Positions 1 to 9,005 of a stretch of 64,000 nt of DNA are shown here, in pieces (the stretch's first letter is position 1; every line of letters starts with the position of its first letter). The position numbers and the translations under genes were made by a program. The notes under the pieces were generated by a model that had not been told where the DNA came from, did no database searches, and worked only from the letters and a program-made list of their open reading frames with translations. The stretch comes from Nitrososphaerales archaeon (GTDB lineage: Archaea > Thermoproteota > Nitrososphaeria > Nitrososphaerales > Gagatemarchaeaceae), in assembly GCA_050011055.1 (NCBI GenBank), contig JBEKJV010000002.1, positions 3,736 to 67,735 on the forward strand, read 5' to 3'.

Positions 1-2
1 CG

Positions 3-224
3 CAGGCGGAACGCCATTCGATTGGGACAGTCATCAAACACTTGCCCTTCGGTGAGGTTCGCAGCATAATGGTTCCGATTGTCTCGAAGCAATTAGAACA
101 CGAAATCGGATCGCTCCTCAAGCAATCTATCGAGAAGGAGCGCGAAGGCTACCAAGAAATTCGAAAAGTCTTGTCCGAATTGGACTCATCGATCTTGGCA
201 TTGGCAGGAAGGAGCGGAGCGTGA
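3..224 (+). CDS. Partial CDS open to the window edge; possibly the C-terminal end of a type I R-M specificity (HsdS-like) subunit
   Basis: The frame is open from nt 3. The tail ...GEVRSIMVPIVSKQLEHEIGSLLKQSIEKEREGYQEIRKVL resembles the 'iPlP..eEQ..I..L plus coiled coil' end of HsdS subunits. Its TGA overlaps the GTG of the next gene (GTGA). This is a motif-level resemblance only. Confidence 0.3.
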   Translation, partial: QAERHSIGTVIKHLPFGEVRSIMVPIVSKQLEHEIGSLLKQSIEKEREGYQEIRKVLSELDSSILALAGRSGA

Positions 225-1114
225 AGTTCGGTCAGGTTCTGGACAGGCTCGAAGTAATCAGGAACTTGGAGCGAGAAACCCATGCCAAGGTCATCACGTT
301 CTATAGAAATGCGAATAACGGCGGCGGGATCATAAACGAACAGAGCTACACTTCACTCGTAGCTGTCCTCGATCAGATGGGCGATGCACAACCGCTTGCC
401 ATTGTTCTGGATTCGAGAGGAGGCCTCACCGCATCTGGAAGCATGATTGCGACTCGGTTAAGAAAACACATGGGTTCGCTGACCGTGATTGTTCCTGAGG
501 AAGCATATAGCGCGGCGACCGTCATTGCGCTCGCGGCCGATAAGATACTTTGTGGGACCCATGCCAATTTTACCCCTGTCGAGTCTCAGTACAAATACAA
601 AGGGAACTGGGTCTCGATTCTCGATATGGAGAAAAGCCGTGATGGGGTCTTGAAGGCTGCAACTGGGAGAGTTCTAAGACAAACAGAGGAGAACCTGAAG
701 TATCTCATGGGTAGGTCCATACGGGAGGACGATAAGGTCCGACAGTTAATCAAAAGGCTCCTATTGCAGGATGGATTTCACGCTTCACACTCAGCGTTGA
801 TACCCCCGGATGAACTCAAAGGACTGGGGGCTGTCATCGAAGCTGGAGTCCCGCGGAGTGCTATGGCCTTGCATAACCTGTACAGGCAGCATGACTTCTC
901 GGGTGATGATCCCAGCACGATTATCGAATACTCTCCGGCGAATTGGGTGACCGATGAAGACATTGCTCAGTCAGACAAGATTGTGGCCTACTACGTTGAT
1001 GGTGTGTGTCCCGATTGTGGAGAAACAAGACTAATCACGGACAATGAATACGGTGGACCTTACCGCCGTTGCTCCAATTGTTTTTGGGACGAGGTGCAGA
1101 ACCCGAAGACCTAA
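221..1114 (+). CDS. ClpP-fold serine protease of the SDH ('serine dehydrogenase proteinase', S49-like) family with an added C-terminal zinc ribbon
   Basis: LAIVLDSRGGLTASGSMIATRLRKH...VIVPEEAYSAATVIALAADKILCG (nucleophile Ser region) and DGFHASHSALIPPDELKGLG match the family pattern. The C-terminus carries CPDCGETRL...CSNC (CxxC-x17-CxxC). Confidence 0.7.
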   Translation: MKFGQVLDRLEVIRNLERETHAKVITFYRNANNGGGIINEQSYTSLVAVLDQMGDAQPLAIVLDSRGGLTASGSMIATRLRKHMGSLTVIVPEEAYSAATVIALAADKILCGTHANFTPVESQYKYKGNWVSILDMEKSRDGVLKAATGRVLRQTEENLKYLMGRSIREDDKVRQLIKRLLLQDGFHASHSALIPPDELKGLGAVIEAGVPRSAMALHNLYRQHDFSGDDPSTIIEYSPANWVTDEDIAQSDKIVAYYVDGVCPDCGETRLITDNEYGGPYRRCSNCFWDEVQNPKT

Positions 1115-1155
1115 TCAGTTAACAGAATCGGGGGTAGGGGCTCTGTTAGGTTGAT

Positions 1156-1229
1156 GGGCCACGACTCAGAATTTTGTTTCTGTTAAGCGTCGGGCCACGG
1201 CTCAGGATTTCGTCGCTGTTGAATCTGTC
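1156..1229. repeat. Imperfect tandem direct repeat, 2 x ~36 nt (GGGCCACGRCTCAGRATTT..CTGTT.A)
   Basis: Unit A is 1156-1191 and unit B is 1192-~1229, about 80% identical by hand alignment. Unit B overlaps the stop region of the minus-strand ORF 1202-1384. A 9-nt inverted match, TTAACAGAA (1119-1127) / TTCTGTTAA (1178-1186), lies nearby. Confidence 0.6.
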
Positions 1230-1384
1230 TCTCCGTTCTTTGTCAGACCAAGGATTTGCTTGACGAAAGCATCTACCGCCTCATAAGACGCCTCCGCAAC
1301 AGGGTGTGGAGTTATCTGGTTCGCACCGAACTTACCTTTGAACTTGTATTTTGTCCCCTGCTCGTCGTTTTCTGATGAAGACAT
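1202..1384 (-). CDS. Small hypothetical protein (60 aa)
   Basis: ORF only; acidic/lysine-rich with no recognisable motif. It lies between the protease gene and the IS remnant. Confidence 0.3.
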   Translation of the reverse strand: MSSSENDEQGTKYKFKGKFGANQITPHPVAEASYEAVDAFVKQILGLTKNGETDSTATKS

Positions 1385-1524
1385 ACTCTCCGTCCGTCAC
1401 GAAGACGAAATATGCCCTTTTTGGCGCTAATCCAGACTATCAGTTCTGAGGAGCCAGCGGTTAATTGACGGTTTCTTCGAGGAGTTAGCAAACGCATGGA
1501 CTATCAGAGGGTTCCTCTGATGGT

Positions 1525-1836
1525 TTAGTCGCTCTTGGCCGCGTTCTGTATTATCGTCAGCCACTTGTTCTCGCCCTCCACTTTGACCCCTGCCGCCTCC
1601 GAGGGCGTCCTTCCGCCAAGTGCCTCATGGGGTCGGATGAAGTTGTGGAATAGCTGATAGCCCTTCAGGATGGACGTGTCGTCTCGCTTGAGACCGCGCA
1701 TGACCTTCTCCCTGTCTTTGACCTCTCCATTCATCCGTTCCATCTTGTTGTTGTGAACTTCGCCGCCGAGCGCGCGCGCGCTCGGCACTAGTCTCTGTCT
1801 CCTTGCGTGGAGTCCTTTGGCAGCGCCAAGCAGCAA
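1525..1836 (-). pseudogene. C-terminal remnant of a DDE transposase (IS6/IS240-like archaeal IS)
   Basis: ...HNNKMERMNGEVKDREKVMRGLKRDDTSILKGYQLFHNFIRPHEALGGRTPSEAAG is the typical C-terminal end of DDE transposases (N..ER.N...K.R...F, then NFIRPH.AL). The catalytic N-terminal two thirds are missing. A perfect hairpin CAGAGG-gtt-CCTCTG (1505-1519) sits just past its stop. Confidence 0.65.
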
Positions 1837-2132
1837 CCCCCACGCGTGCTCGGCAACCGGTTCTGTGTACGCACCCGCATTAGAGTAGACTTGAATGCCA
1901 GAAGGGAGTGAGGCGAAATCCCTCCGTCAACCCCCGCCGACAGAACCTGAATCACTTTCAGGCTCCGCATCTTCCTGAGGAGCTCTTCTCCGGCTTGCTT
2001 TGGCCACGCCATCAGAACTTGGCACTGGGCTAGGGTCGCGTCGTCTGTCTCACTTTCGACGATGTCGAGGCCTTCAAGGATGCTTCTTGCCTGATCAGGC
2101 AGCGTCGCGGTGACGAAGATTCTCGTCCTCAA
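1788..2132 (-). pseudogene. Truncated N-terminal fragment of a D-isomer-specific 2-hydroxyacid dehydrogenase, broken at the IS remnant
   Basis: The first ~70 aa (MRTRIFVTATLPDQARSILEGL...LRKMRSLKVIQVLSAGVDG) match the substrate-binding lobe up to the conserved 'L+.I...saGvD' motif. After about nt 1922 the translation becomes nonsense and overlaps the transposase remnant. No NAD-binding domain follows. Confidence 0.55.
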
Positions 2133-2148
2133 GGCCGACTCTCGCCCG

Positions 2149-2439
2149 CTATTTGGTGAGGGCCTTTATTGGTATGTCCTGAGTAGTTCCGTCGGGAAGC
2201 GACCTTCTGATTGAGATAGGAAGGGCGTCCTCCTCAAGCTCAGCCGTTGCTATTTCGATCGGTCCACGATACGCACCTTCTGTAGAGATGAAGGGAGGCG
2301 CTCCCATCGCGATTTGAAGGGATCTGGCCCCGACTATTCTTGCCTTCTCGAACCTCGTCAGGTTGGGAGGGCCGATTTTGACCTCAAACGCGGCGATTGA
2401 GGGCTGTCTAGGTTTCTTCGGTGTTTTCGCAGGTGACAA
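2149..2439 (-). CDS. rpoK: DNA-directed RNA polymerase subunit K (Rpb6 homologue)
   Basis: LTRFEKARIVGARSLQIAMGAPPFI is the signature RpoK/Rpb6 core. Confidence 0.9.
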   Translation of the reverse strand: MSPAKTPKKPRQPSIAAFEVKIGPPNLTRFEKARIVGARSLQIAMGAPPFISTEGAYRGPIEIATAELEEDALPISIRRSLPDGTTQDIPIKALTK

Positions 2440-2541
2440 CAGGAATCCTCGGAGATATCTCGCTCTCTTGGGTCATCAGATAAGTCTTTGCCGATGGAAG
2501 TGGGAAAAGCGCTTAAGAGCTGCGGAGGCAGGGTCTGACTA

Positions 2542-2955
2542 TTGGCCACTGAACCTCTCGCGGGCTCTGTCTCCAGGGTCAATTGTGTTGCCTCGTTCAT
2601 TGGGGGAGGTCAGGCCAAGGTCTCTCTCTACCGGCATCTTTCTCCTCTTTCAATCAACGCCATCATGAGAATCCTTCCCATTGACAGCAGGATCAACGTT
2701 CAACCGGGGATGTGCTGCCTTTTCACCCCCCTCAAGGTCGGAGTCGAGAAACCCCGGATTTCGTTCGTCAGAGGAGACGTCGCTTTCCTCGCATCCGGGG
2801 GTCTGATCTGCGTCTTCGTACAAGAGGCCAGAAGCGACCGCCCGCTCAACCCGCTCGGGAAGGTCGACTCGGGTCTCGAGCTGTTCGAGGGGCTGAGGGC
2901 GGGTGATACGGTGCGTTTCTCTCTCAGCGAACCGCCCACGACGGGGCAATCTTGA
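2542..2955 (+). CDS. Cyclophilin-like fold protein (TM1367/DUF3830-like family)
   Basis: The pattern AKVSLYRHLSPLSINAIMRILPIDSRINV...RGDVAFLASGGLICVFV...PLGKVDSGLELFEGLRAGDTVRFS resembles the 'LP.....wG.E.yF ... GDiaYW.pG.al.iFf ... iGkV' layout. TTG start. Confidence 0.5.
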   Translation: MATEPLAGSVSRVNCVASFIGGGQAKVSLYRHLSPLSINAIMRILPIDSRINVQPGMCCLFTPLKVGVEKPRISFVRGDVAFLASGGLICVFVQEARSDRPLNPLGKVDSGLELFEGLRAGDTVRFSLSEPPTTGQS

Positions 2956-3079
2956 CACCTCGAGTCCTTTCGAATTCTGAGAGTGTTTGACCTTCAACTT
3001 AAGGAGTCCGCGGAGCCGACGGACCTCCCTGGCCAGCATTATCTGTGTAGTGACGTGTCCGTCCCTGCTAGACTAGTGA

Positions 3080-3430
3080 CTACGCCTTCGGCGCGACTGA
3101 CCAGATCGAATGCCCGCTGAAGCCCCCGACCTTTGAGATCATCTTCTTGACTTCTAGGTCGCGGAGCAGCCCTGTCGCGATTGATGCATTCACCCCGAGC
3201 GCCCTTGACGCCGTGTAGATGGTGATTGCCTTGAGCGGGGCGAGGCTCTTCATCATATCCTCCTCAGTCATCTTGGGGACGAGGAAGGGGAGTCGCTTGT
3301 GTTGCTGCGGCGCCGCTTTTTGTTCCGTTCCCTTTTTCCCTTTCGGCGCCTCTCCGGTCTGTTGTTCTGTGTCCTGCGAATCCTGCTTCTTCTCCATCGA
3401 GGCTAGCGACTTCTTCTTGACTCCACCCAA
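3080..3430 (-). CDS. rps25e: 30S ribosomal protein S25e
   Basis: Lys-rich N-terminus followed by a winged-helix tail ITIYTASRALGVNASIATGLLRDLEVKKMISKV. The start may be TTG 3430 or ATG 3397. Confidence 0.75.
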   Translation of the reverse strand: MGGVKKKSLASMEKKQDSQDTEQQTGEAPKGKKGTEQKAAPQQHKRLPFLVPKMTEEDMMKSLAPLKAITIYTASRALGVNASIATGLLRDLEVKKMISKVGGFSGHSIWSVAPKA

Positions 3431-3494
3431 CTGGCTTCAAGACCAGGAAGAGTAGAGTGGAGATAAGGCTTTGCCCGAGTGGACGAGAAAAGGA

Positions 3495-3500
3495 GTTTAA
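3495..3500 (+). promoter_or_regulatory. TATA-like box (GTTTAA) about 28 nt upstream of TTG 3526, the proposed leaderless start of lig
   Basis: The spacing matches other promoters in this window. The ligase homology (LDYSVVADAYAKLES...) begins exactly at TTG 3526. Confidence 0.4.
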
Positions 3501-3525
3501 CCGCCTCCCCTACGAAGGAGAGGCC

Positions 3526-5289
3526 TTGGACTACTCTGTGGTTGCTGATGCGTACGCGAAGCTGGAGTCCATCTCGGGAAGGAATGAGATGACTGAGGTC
3601 ATGGCGGCACTGCTCGCCGCGACCCCTAAGGACGAGCTCAGGAGGCTGGTGTACCTCACTCAGGGAAAACTCCGTCCCGACTACGAAGGGATCGAACTCG
3701 GGCTGGCCGAGAAGATGGCACTCAGGGCCATCAGCACAGCAACCGGGCTTCCTTCAAACGTCGTCTACAACGCGTACATCAAGGCGGGGGACATAGGCAC
3801 TGCTGCCGAGCGGCTACTCCCTAGGAGGTCACAGGGAACGCTTTACTCCGAGACCCTTACGCTCGAGCGAGTCTACTCGACCCTGTTCAGGATGGCAGGT
3901 CAGAGCGGCGCTGGCTCGGTGGAAGTTAAGCTCAAAGAGCTCGTCAGCCTACTGAACGACGCGTCTCCTCAGGAGGCCAAGTTCATCATGAGGACGGTGA
4001 CAGGCCAGCTCAGACTTGGTGCAGCCGACTACACTATCCTCGATGCGGCGGCCGCGGCCTTCCTGGGAGGCAAGCAGGAGAGGGCGAAAGTCGAGCGTGC
4101 GTACAACGTCCACCCGGATCTCGGCTTTGTCGTCGAGGCGGTTGCGCTCAAGGGCCTGAAGGGGCTCGAGTCTGCGAAGGTGGAGGTCGGCGTCCCCATC
4201 AGGCCGATGCTCGCCGAGAGGCTCGAATCCGCTAGGGCCATCGTCAGGAAGATGGGCGAAAAGGAGGTCGTCTCAGAATACAAGCTCGACGGGGAACGCC
4301 TTCAGATCCACAAGTCCGGAGACAAGGTCGCACTGTTCTCTCGAAGGCTGGAGGTGATATCGAAACACTATCCTGACGCCGTAGACCTGGTCCGCGAGCA
4401 CGTCTTGGCGAAGAGCGCGATTCTGGAGGCTGAGGTGGTGGCAATCAACGAAGAGACGGGCGAGTACCTGCCGTTCCAGGAACTGATGCACAGGAGAAGG
4501 AAGTATGGGATCGACCAGGCAGTGGTCGATTATCCTGTAGCTCTGAACTTCTTCGACCTCCTGCTGGTCGGACAGACCGACTTCACGGGAAAGCCTTACT
4601 CCGTGAGGCGGAAGAAGATGGAGAAAGTAGTGGAGACGACCGAGAGGACGCGGCCAGTGCCCGCTCTCACATCCTCCGACCCCGAGGTAATCGAGGGCTT
4701 CATGCAGGAGGCAATCCAGAACGGCTGCGAAGGCCTCGTCGTCAAGGACCCCGATTCGACGTACAGGGCCGGTGCCAGGGAGTTCGCTTGGATCAAGCTC
4801 AAGCGGGAGTACAGGAGCGAACTAACTGACACCATCGACCTACCCATCATAGGAGCCTTTCATGGCAAGGGAAGGCGGACGGGGAGATACGGGACCTACC
4901 TTCTGGGGGCGTACGACGACAAGAGGGGCCTCTTCACCAGCATAGCCAAGGTCGGGACTGGGTTCTCCGATGAAGACCTGAAGAAGATTCCGAAGCTCCT
5001 GAAGCCGCTGGAAACGCACGTGAAACCTCAGAACGTCGAGTCGAAGATAGTGCCCGACGTTTGGTTCAGGCCGCAGCTGGTCATCGAGACGATTGCGTCC
5101 GAGCTGACTCTGTCGCCCATTCATACCGCGGCCATGGGATTGATCAGGCCAGGGTCAGGGATTTCATTGAGGTTCCCCAAGTTCACGGGGAAGATCAGAG
5201 ACGACAAGCGCGCTGAGAACGCCACCACTGTCCAAGAGATCGTGGAGATGTACAACAGCCAGCTCAAGAAGATTGAAGCTTCTGCGTGA
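3526..5289 (+). CDS. lig: ATP-dependent DNA ligase
   Basis: Adenylation motif I EYKLDGERLQIHK, plus GCEGLVVKDPDSTYRAGAREFAWIKLK and the OB-domain LRFPKF. The ORF is open from GTG 3457, but homology and TATA spacing favour TTG 3526. Confidence 0.92.
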   Translation: MDYSVVADAYAKLESISGRNEMTEVMAALLAATPKDELRRLVYLTQGKLRPDYEGIELGLAEKMALRAISTATGLPSNVVYNAYIKAGDIGTAAERLLPRRSQGTLYSETLTLERVYSTLFRMAGQSGAGSVEVKLKELVSLLNDASPQEAKFIMRTVTGQLRLGAADYTILDAAAAAFLGGKQERAKVERAYNVHPDLGFVVEAVALKGLKGLESAKVEVGVPIRPMLAERLESARAIVRKMGEKEVVSEYKLDGERLQIHKSGDKVALFSRRLEVISKHYPDAVDLVREHVLAKSAILEAEVVAINEETGEYLPFQELMHRRRKYGIDQAVVDYPVALNFFDLLLVGQTDFTGKPYSVRRKKMEKVVETTERTRPVPALTSSDPEVIEGFMQEAIQNGCEGLVVKDPDSTYRAGAREFAWIKLKREYRSELTDTIDLPIIGAFHGKGRRTGRYGTYLLGAYDDKRGLFTSIAKVGTGFSDEDLKKIPKLLKPLETHVKPQNVESKIVPDVWFRPQLVIETIASELTLSPIHTAAMGLIRPGSGISLRFPKFTGKIRDDKRAENATTVQEIVEMYNSQLKKIEASA

Positions 5290-5401
5290 GATCCTTCGAC
5301 GCCCCTGCCGGCGAGTCTGCCTCCCCGCCTGTGTGATCCAGGTATCTGCGTTTCGGCAGTCTTCGGCGTCGCCAGCACCCCCGCCTGCAGGTTCCATAGC
5401 G

Positions 5402-5408
5402 TTTATGT
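5402..5408 (+). promoter_or_regulatory. TATA box (TTTATGT) about 30 nt upstream of TTG 5436
   Basis: A/T-rich box at the canonical archaeal distance from the nfeD start codon, implying a leaderless mRNA. Confidence 0.45.
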
Positions 5409-5435
5409 CAGACCCGTCAGGGGTGCCCAGATGCC

Positions 5436-6770
5436 TTGAAGTCACTGAGGCTTCTCCTCGTCGCTGCGCTCCTCGTGGCGCTTGTATGTGGGTTCGCGCC
5501 GGTCCACGCTGACGGCTGCACCTCCAAGACCGGGTACTACATCGCTTCGCTGAACGCTGACATCGACCCCGGGGCAGCCAATTTCATGTCCACGACAGTA
5601 GCGAACGCCGAGGCCGCCTGCGACGGTCACATTGTGTTCATTCTATCCACCAACGGCGGGGACGGAGGAGACATGGAGTCGATGGTCAATTCGATTTCCA
5701 GCTACCAGCAGTGGGGGGGGAATTTTGTGACCCTCGTGGCTCCGCTGGGAGCCCACGCCTTTTCTGCAGGCTCGTACATCGCCGAGGCTTCGAACGAGAT
5801 CTACATGGTCAACGGGACTGTGATTGGCTCGGCGACGCCCATAGTGTCAGGGATCCCGACAGGCGAGGTGAACTCAACGATGGCAAAGGACATTTCAGCC
5901 TTCACCAATTACATGCAGGCACTGACGGAAGCCAACAAGAGGAATGAGACCGCCACTGGTCGGATGGTCACGCTTGGATTGTCTTACACTGACGCGCAGG
6001 CTTTCAAGTACGGTGTCATCACCAATGTCACGGACGCGACTTCTGTCGTCGGGGCCTTGCAGGCGCAGTTCGGACTTCCCGCCTCTACGCCTATCAACAC
6101 TCCGGGGATCAGCTCGATTCTCATCTCAATCTTTAGCGATCCGAACGTGTCCAGCCTCCTCTTTTTGTTAGGCATTTTCTTGATCCTTTTCGACATATAC
6201 CACCCGACGTTTGTCTTCACATTCGTGGGCGCAACCGTAATCGCCTTGGCGCTCTTCGGGCTGGGCGTCTTCGGCGCCTCTCCGCTGTCGGTTGCGCTGA
6301 TGATAATCGGAGCCGCTTTCATCTTCCTCGAGGTCAAGACGCAACACGGCATCAGCGCCCTCGTCGGAGTGGTAGTCTTCATCGTGGGGTTCCTGTTCAT
6401 ATTCCAGTTCCCACCAGCCTCGGCTCCGAACCCCTCATTGCCTCCAGTACCTCCGGCCAACTTCTCGGGCATTCCTAACATTACGTATGCACTCATCGTG
6501 GCTCTCGGGGCTGCGATAGTGATAGGGAGTCTCTACCTACGAAGGATCAGAGCCGGATTGATGGCTAGGCCGAAGGTCTACGATTCGTCCGCCACCATAG
6601 GTAAGACTGGTGAAATGAAGACAGACCTCGTCGCGGGCGGCAAGGGTGATGCCCGCATCGGGGCAGAAGAGTGGAGCGTCACCTCGAATAAAGATTTGAA
6701 GCGTGGAGACTCGGTAAAGGTTATAGCAGTAGACGGTTTGGAGCTGATAGTAGAGAAACTGGAAAAATGA
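5436..6770 (+). CDS. nfeD: Long-form NfeD: membrane-bound ClpP-class serine protease with a C-terminal NfeD OB-fold domain
   Basis: Signal peptide MKSLRLLLVAALLVALV, protease region HIVFILSTNGGDGGDMES...AHAFSAGSYIAEAS, several TM helices, and a C-terminal OB domain GKTGEMKTDL...GDSVKVIAVDGLELIVEKL. ATGA overlap with the stomatin gene. Confidence 0.85.
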   Translation: MKSLRLLLVAALLVALVCGFAPVHADGCTSKTGYYIASLNADIDPGAANFMSTTVANAEAACDGHIVFILSTNGGDGGDMESMVNSISSYQQWGGNFVTLVAPLGAHAFSAGSYIAEASNEIYMVNGTVIGSATPIVSGIPTGEVNSTMAKDISAFTNYMQALTEANKRNETATGRMVTLGLSYTDAQAFKYGVITNVTDATSVVGALQAQFGLPASTPINTPGISSILISIFSDPNVSSLLFLLGIFLILFDIYHPTFVFTFVGATVIALALFGLGVFGASPLSVALMIIGAAFIFLEVKTQHGISALVGVVVFIVGFLFIFQFPPASAPNPSLPPVPPANFSGIPNITYALIVALGAAIVIGSLYLRRIRAGLMARPKVYDSSATIGKTGEMKTDLVAGGKGDARIGAEEWSVTSNKDLKRGDSVKVIAVDGLELIVEKLEK

Positions 6771-7678
6771 GCATTCTCAGCTCAATTGCGCTGCAGCTGT
6801 CGACTGGGGCCGAAATCAGCTACGTGATCTACGCGCTCGTGATAATCATTGTCATCGGGTTCATCGGCTACAGTGTCAAGATTGTCAGGGAATACGAAAG
6901 GCTGGTCCAGTTCACTCTCGGCAGGTTGACTGGGGCGAGGGGGCCCGGGGTAGTCTTCGTCTTCCCGTTCATCAATCGTGTCAACAAGATAGACCTCCGC
7001 GAGAGGTACCTCGAGGTTCCTCATCAGACATGTATCACGAAGGACAACGCGCCCACCGACATCGACTTCCTGATCTACTACAAGGTGACTGACGCAGCCC
7101 AGAGCGTCGTGCAAGTCCAGCACTTCGAAGGGGCGTCGATAGGCATCGCGACGACGACGCTCAGGGCCGTCGTCGGAGACATTCCGCTTGATGAACTGCT
7201 CGCCAAGAGGGAGCAGATCAACCAGGTCCTCAGGACCAAGCTTGACGAGGTCACGGAAAGATGGGGGATCAAGGTGACCAACGTGGAGATCCGGGAGATC
7301 CGTCCGCCCAAGGATGTCCAGGAGGCGATGGTCAGGCAGATGTCCGCGGAGAGGACGAGGAGGGCTACGGTCACGGAGGCGGATGGACGGAGAGAGGCTT
7401 CGATACTGGTCGCCGAGGGTGACAAGAAGTCTAACATCCTCAGGGCAGAGGGCGATAAGCAGGCTTCGGTTCTGAGGGCAGAGGGCTACGCTGGGGCGCT
7501 CAACCAGATCTTTGCGGCTGCAAAGGGGATCGACTCCAAGACGATGGTGCTTCAGTACTTGGACACATTGAAGGCTCTCGGTGCTAGCCCGTCGACCAAG
7601 TACATCTTCCCGATGGAGTTCACTTCGCTTTTTGCGAAACCCCTTCAGGACATAATCAAGCAGACCACTGAAAAGTGA
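6767..7678 (+). CDS. SPFH/band-7 (stomatin/prohibitin-family) protein
   Basis: N-terminal TM helix, then YERLVQFTLGRLTGARGPGVVFVFPFINRVNKIDLRE...ITKDNAPTDIDFLIYYKV and an EA-rich coiled coil. Classic partner of NfeD. Confidence 0.9.
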   Translation: MSILSSIALQLSTGAEISYVIYALVIIIVIGFIGYSVKIVREYERLVQFTLGRLTGARGPGVVFVFPFINRVNKIDLRERYLEVPHQTCITKDNAPTDIDFLIYYKVTDAAQSVVQVQHFEGASIGIATTTLRAVVGDIPLDELLAKREQINQVLRTKLDEVTERWGIKVTNVEIREIRPPKDVQEAMVRQMSAERTRRATVTEADGRREASILVAEGDKKSNILRAEGDKQASVLRAEGYAGALNQIFAAAKGIDSKTMVLQYLDTLKALGASPSTKYIFPMEFTSLFAKPLQDIIKQTTEK

Positions 7679-7796
7679 GTAAATAGGAAAAGAGGGCTGA
7701 ATCGGTCGGACCGAAAGGGCAGTTCAAAGCACTAGTGGTTTCCAAATGACTCCGGAGTCCAAACCCTCTATTCTAGTTGGGGCTCGGGCACAGATG

Positions 7797-8357
7797 TTAG
7801 TCCAGGTACGGGGGCGCGCAACAGGACGACACTAGCAGGAACACGCCGTATACTACGGAATTGTGCGGGTAATCGTTGACATACTCAATGAGCATACCTG
7901 CTCTTGGATAGTGGTGCGAAAGGACGAACATGTAAATTGAATCCCCAATGACGTCCCCCACAATCTCCGTGCTCTTGTCTGAGAACGTCATATTGAAACG
8001 GATTGCCCCTGCTAACACTATTGTGGACGAACTGTTAGAGCCTGGGCAGTCTCGGAAATTTGAAGGGCATATGGTCTGAAATTTCACCCCATCAAACGTA
8101 ACCGATCCGTTCAAGAAGTAGCTGTATCCTGGCATCCCGATTACGATGTCCTTGGACACGTCGTCAGCCCAGTAGAACGACCCGTTCACCTTCATCAAAT
8201 AGATTCCGTTGTCCGAGACCGAGGTGAATGTAGCAGAGGTGTATGTGGTTGTTGTAGTCATATTGGTGTGCGAGTTTGCAACACCGATTAAGTATCCCGT
8301 CGCCCCACCGAGCACCAAAACCAGAACCACAACAGAAGCAGCCAGTCCATTCTTCAA
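7797..8357 (-). CDS. Hypothetical membrane-anchored or secreted protein with many N-glycosylation sequons
   Basis: N-terminal TM/signal anchor (AASVVVLVLVLGGATGYLIG), Thr-rich linker, and at least 5 N-x-S/T sequons. The region is visibly more A/T-rich than its neighbours. Confidence 0.55.
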   Translation of the reverse strand: MKNGLAASVVVLVLVLGGATGYLIGVANSHTNMTTTTTYTSATFTSVSDNGIYLMKVNGSFYWADDVSKDIVIGMPGYSYFLNGSVTFDGVKFQTICPSNFRDCPGSNSSSTIVLAGAIRFNMTFSDKSTEIVGDVIGDSIYMFVLSHHYPRAGMLIEYVNDYPHNSVVYGVFLLVSSCCAPPYLD

Positions 8358-8684
8358 TCAGGGTCGATGAAACTGGTAATGTTGGCTATTTACTCCTAAC
8401 GTCGAGAACAGCGACTCTAAGCGGCTCGAAGATAAACTGCGACCAGGCTACTTGATGTTTCGGTGAACTCTCTCCAGAAATTTCCTTTTCAGCGGATCCG
8501 GTCATGTGGCAAGACAACACCCGGTTCTTGAGGGGGGTATCGTTCGGGCGCTCTACCGTCATCCTGTAGTCCGCAAATATGACCTCGTGGATATTCTTGT
8601 AGGCTCTGTTGACTTTCCGGCATCTAGCTCAGATTCGTCTCGCTGTTGACAGTCGCCATCCATGGATTCTGTTAGCCTTGAGAT

Positions 8685-9005
8685 TCAATCCCCAGTATAG
8701 CCCTTAGACCCTACCCTGTGCTCTGTCTGACGAATCTCTGACCATTCATGCCCACAATGCTTGCATCTGTATTCATATTGAAATTTCTCGACATCAACCA
8801 CGAACGGCTTACCCTCCTCGAGTACTGCCGTCAGCGGTGGAGAGCGTCTAGCCCCGTAGGGAGGAGCGATCCGAAGGTGAGTCTCCTTGTCGACAAAGTT
8901 CTTCGAACCAACGGGTTTCTTGCCTACAAGCCTGATTTCGAATCTTCTACTGCACGATGGGCAGTGACGAAAGAAACTCTGGACCACAGACATACCTCTG
9001 CGCAT
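8685..9005 (-). CDS. Hypothetical zinc-ribbon protein
   Basis: CPSCSRRF...(60 aa)...CKHCGHEW, i.e. two CxxC knuckles. No further assignment. Confidence 0.5.
   Translation of the reverse strand: MRRGMSVVQSFFRHCPSCSRRFEIRLVGKKPVGSKNFVDKETHLRIAPPYGARRSPPLTAVLEEGKPFVVDVEKFQYEYRCKHCGHEWSEIRQTEHRVGSKGYTGD

Noticed and set aside
7695-7785. A 7-bp 'acceptor-like' pairing AGAGGGT…GCCCTCT (minus strand) plus the palindrome GACTCCGGAGTC in the stomatin 3' intergenic region
   Set aside because: The internal sequence cannot form D, anticodon or T arms. It is more likely a terminator or intergenic hairpin, and not enough to call an RNA gene.
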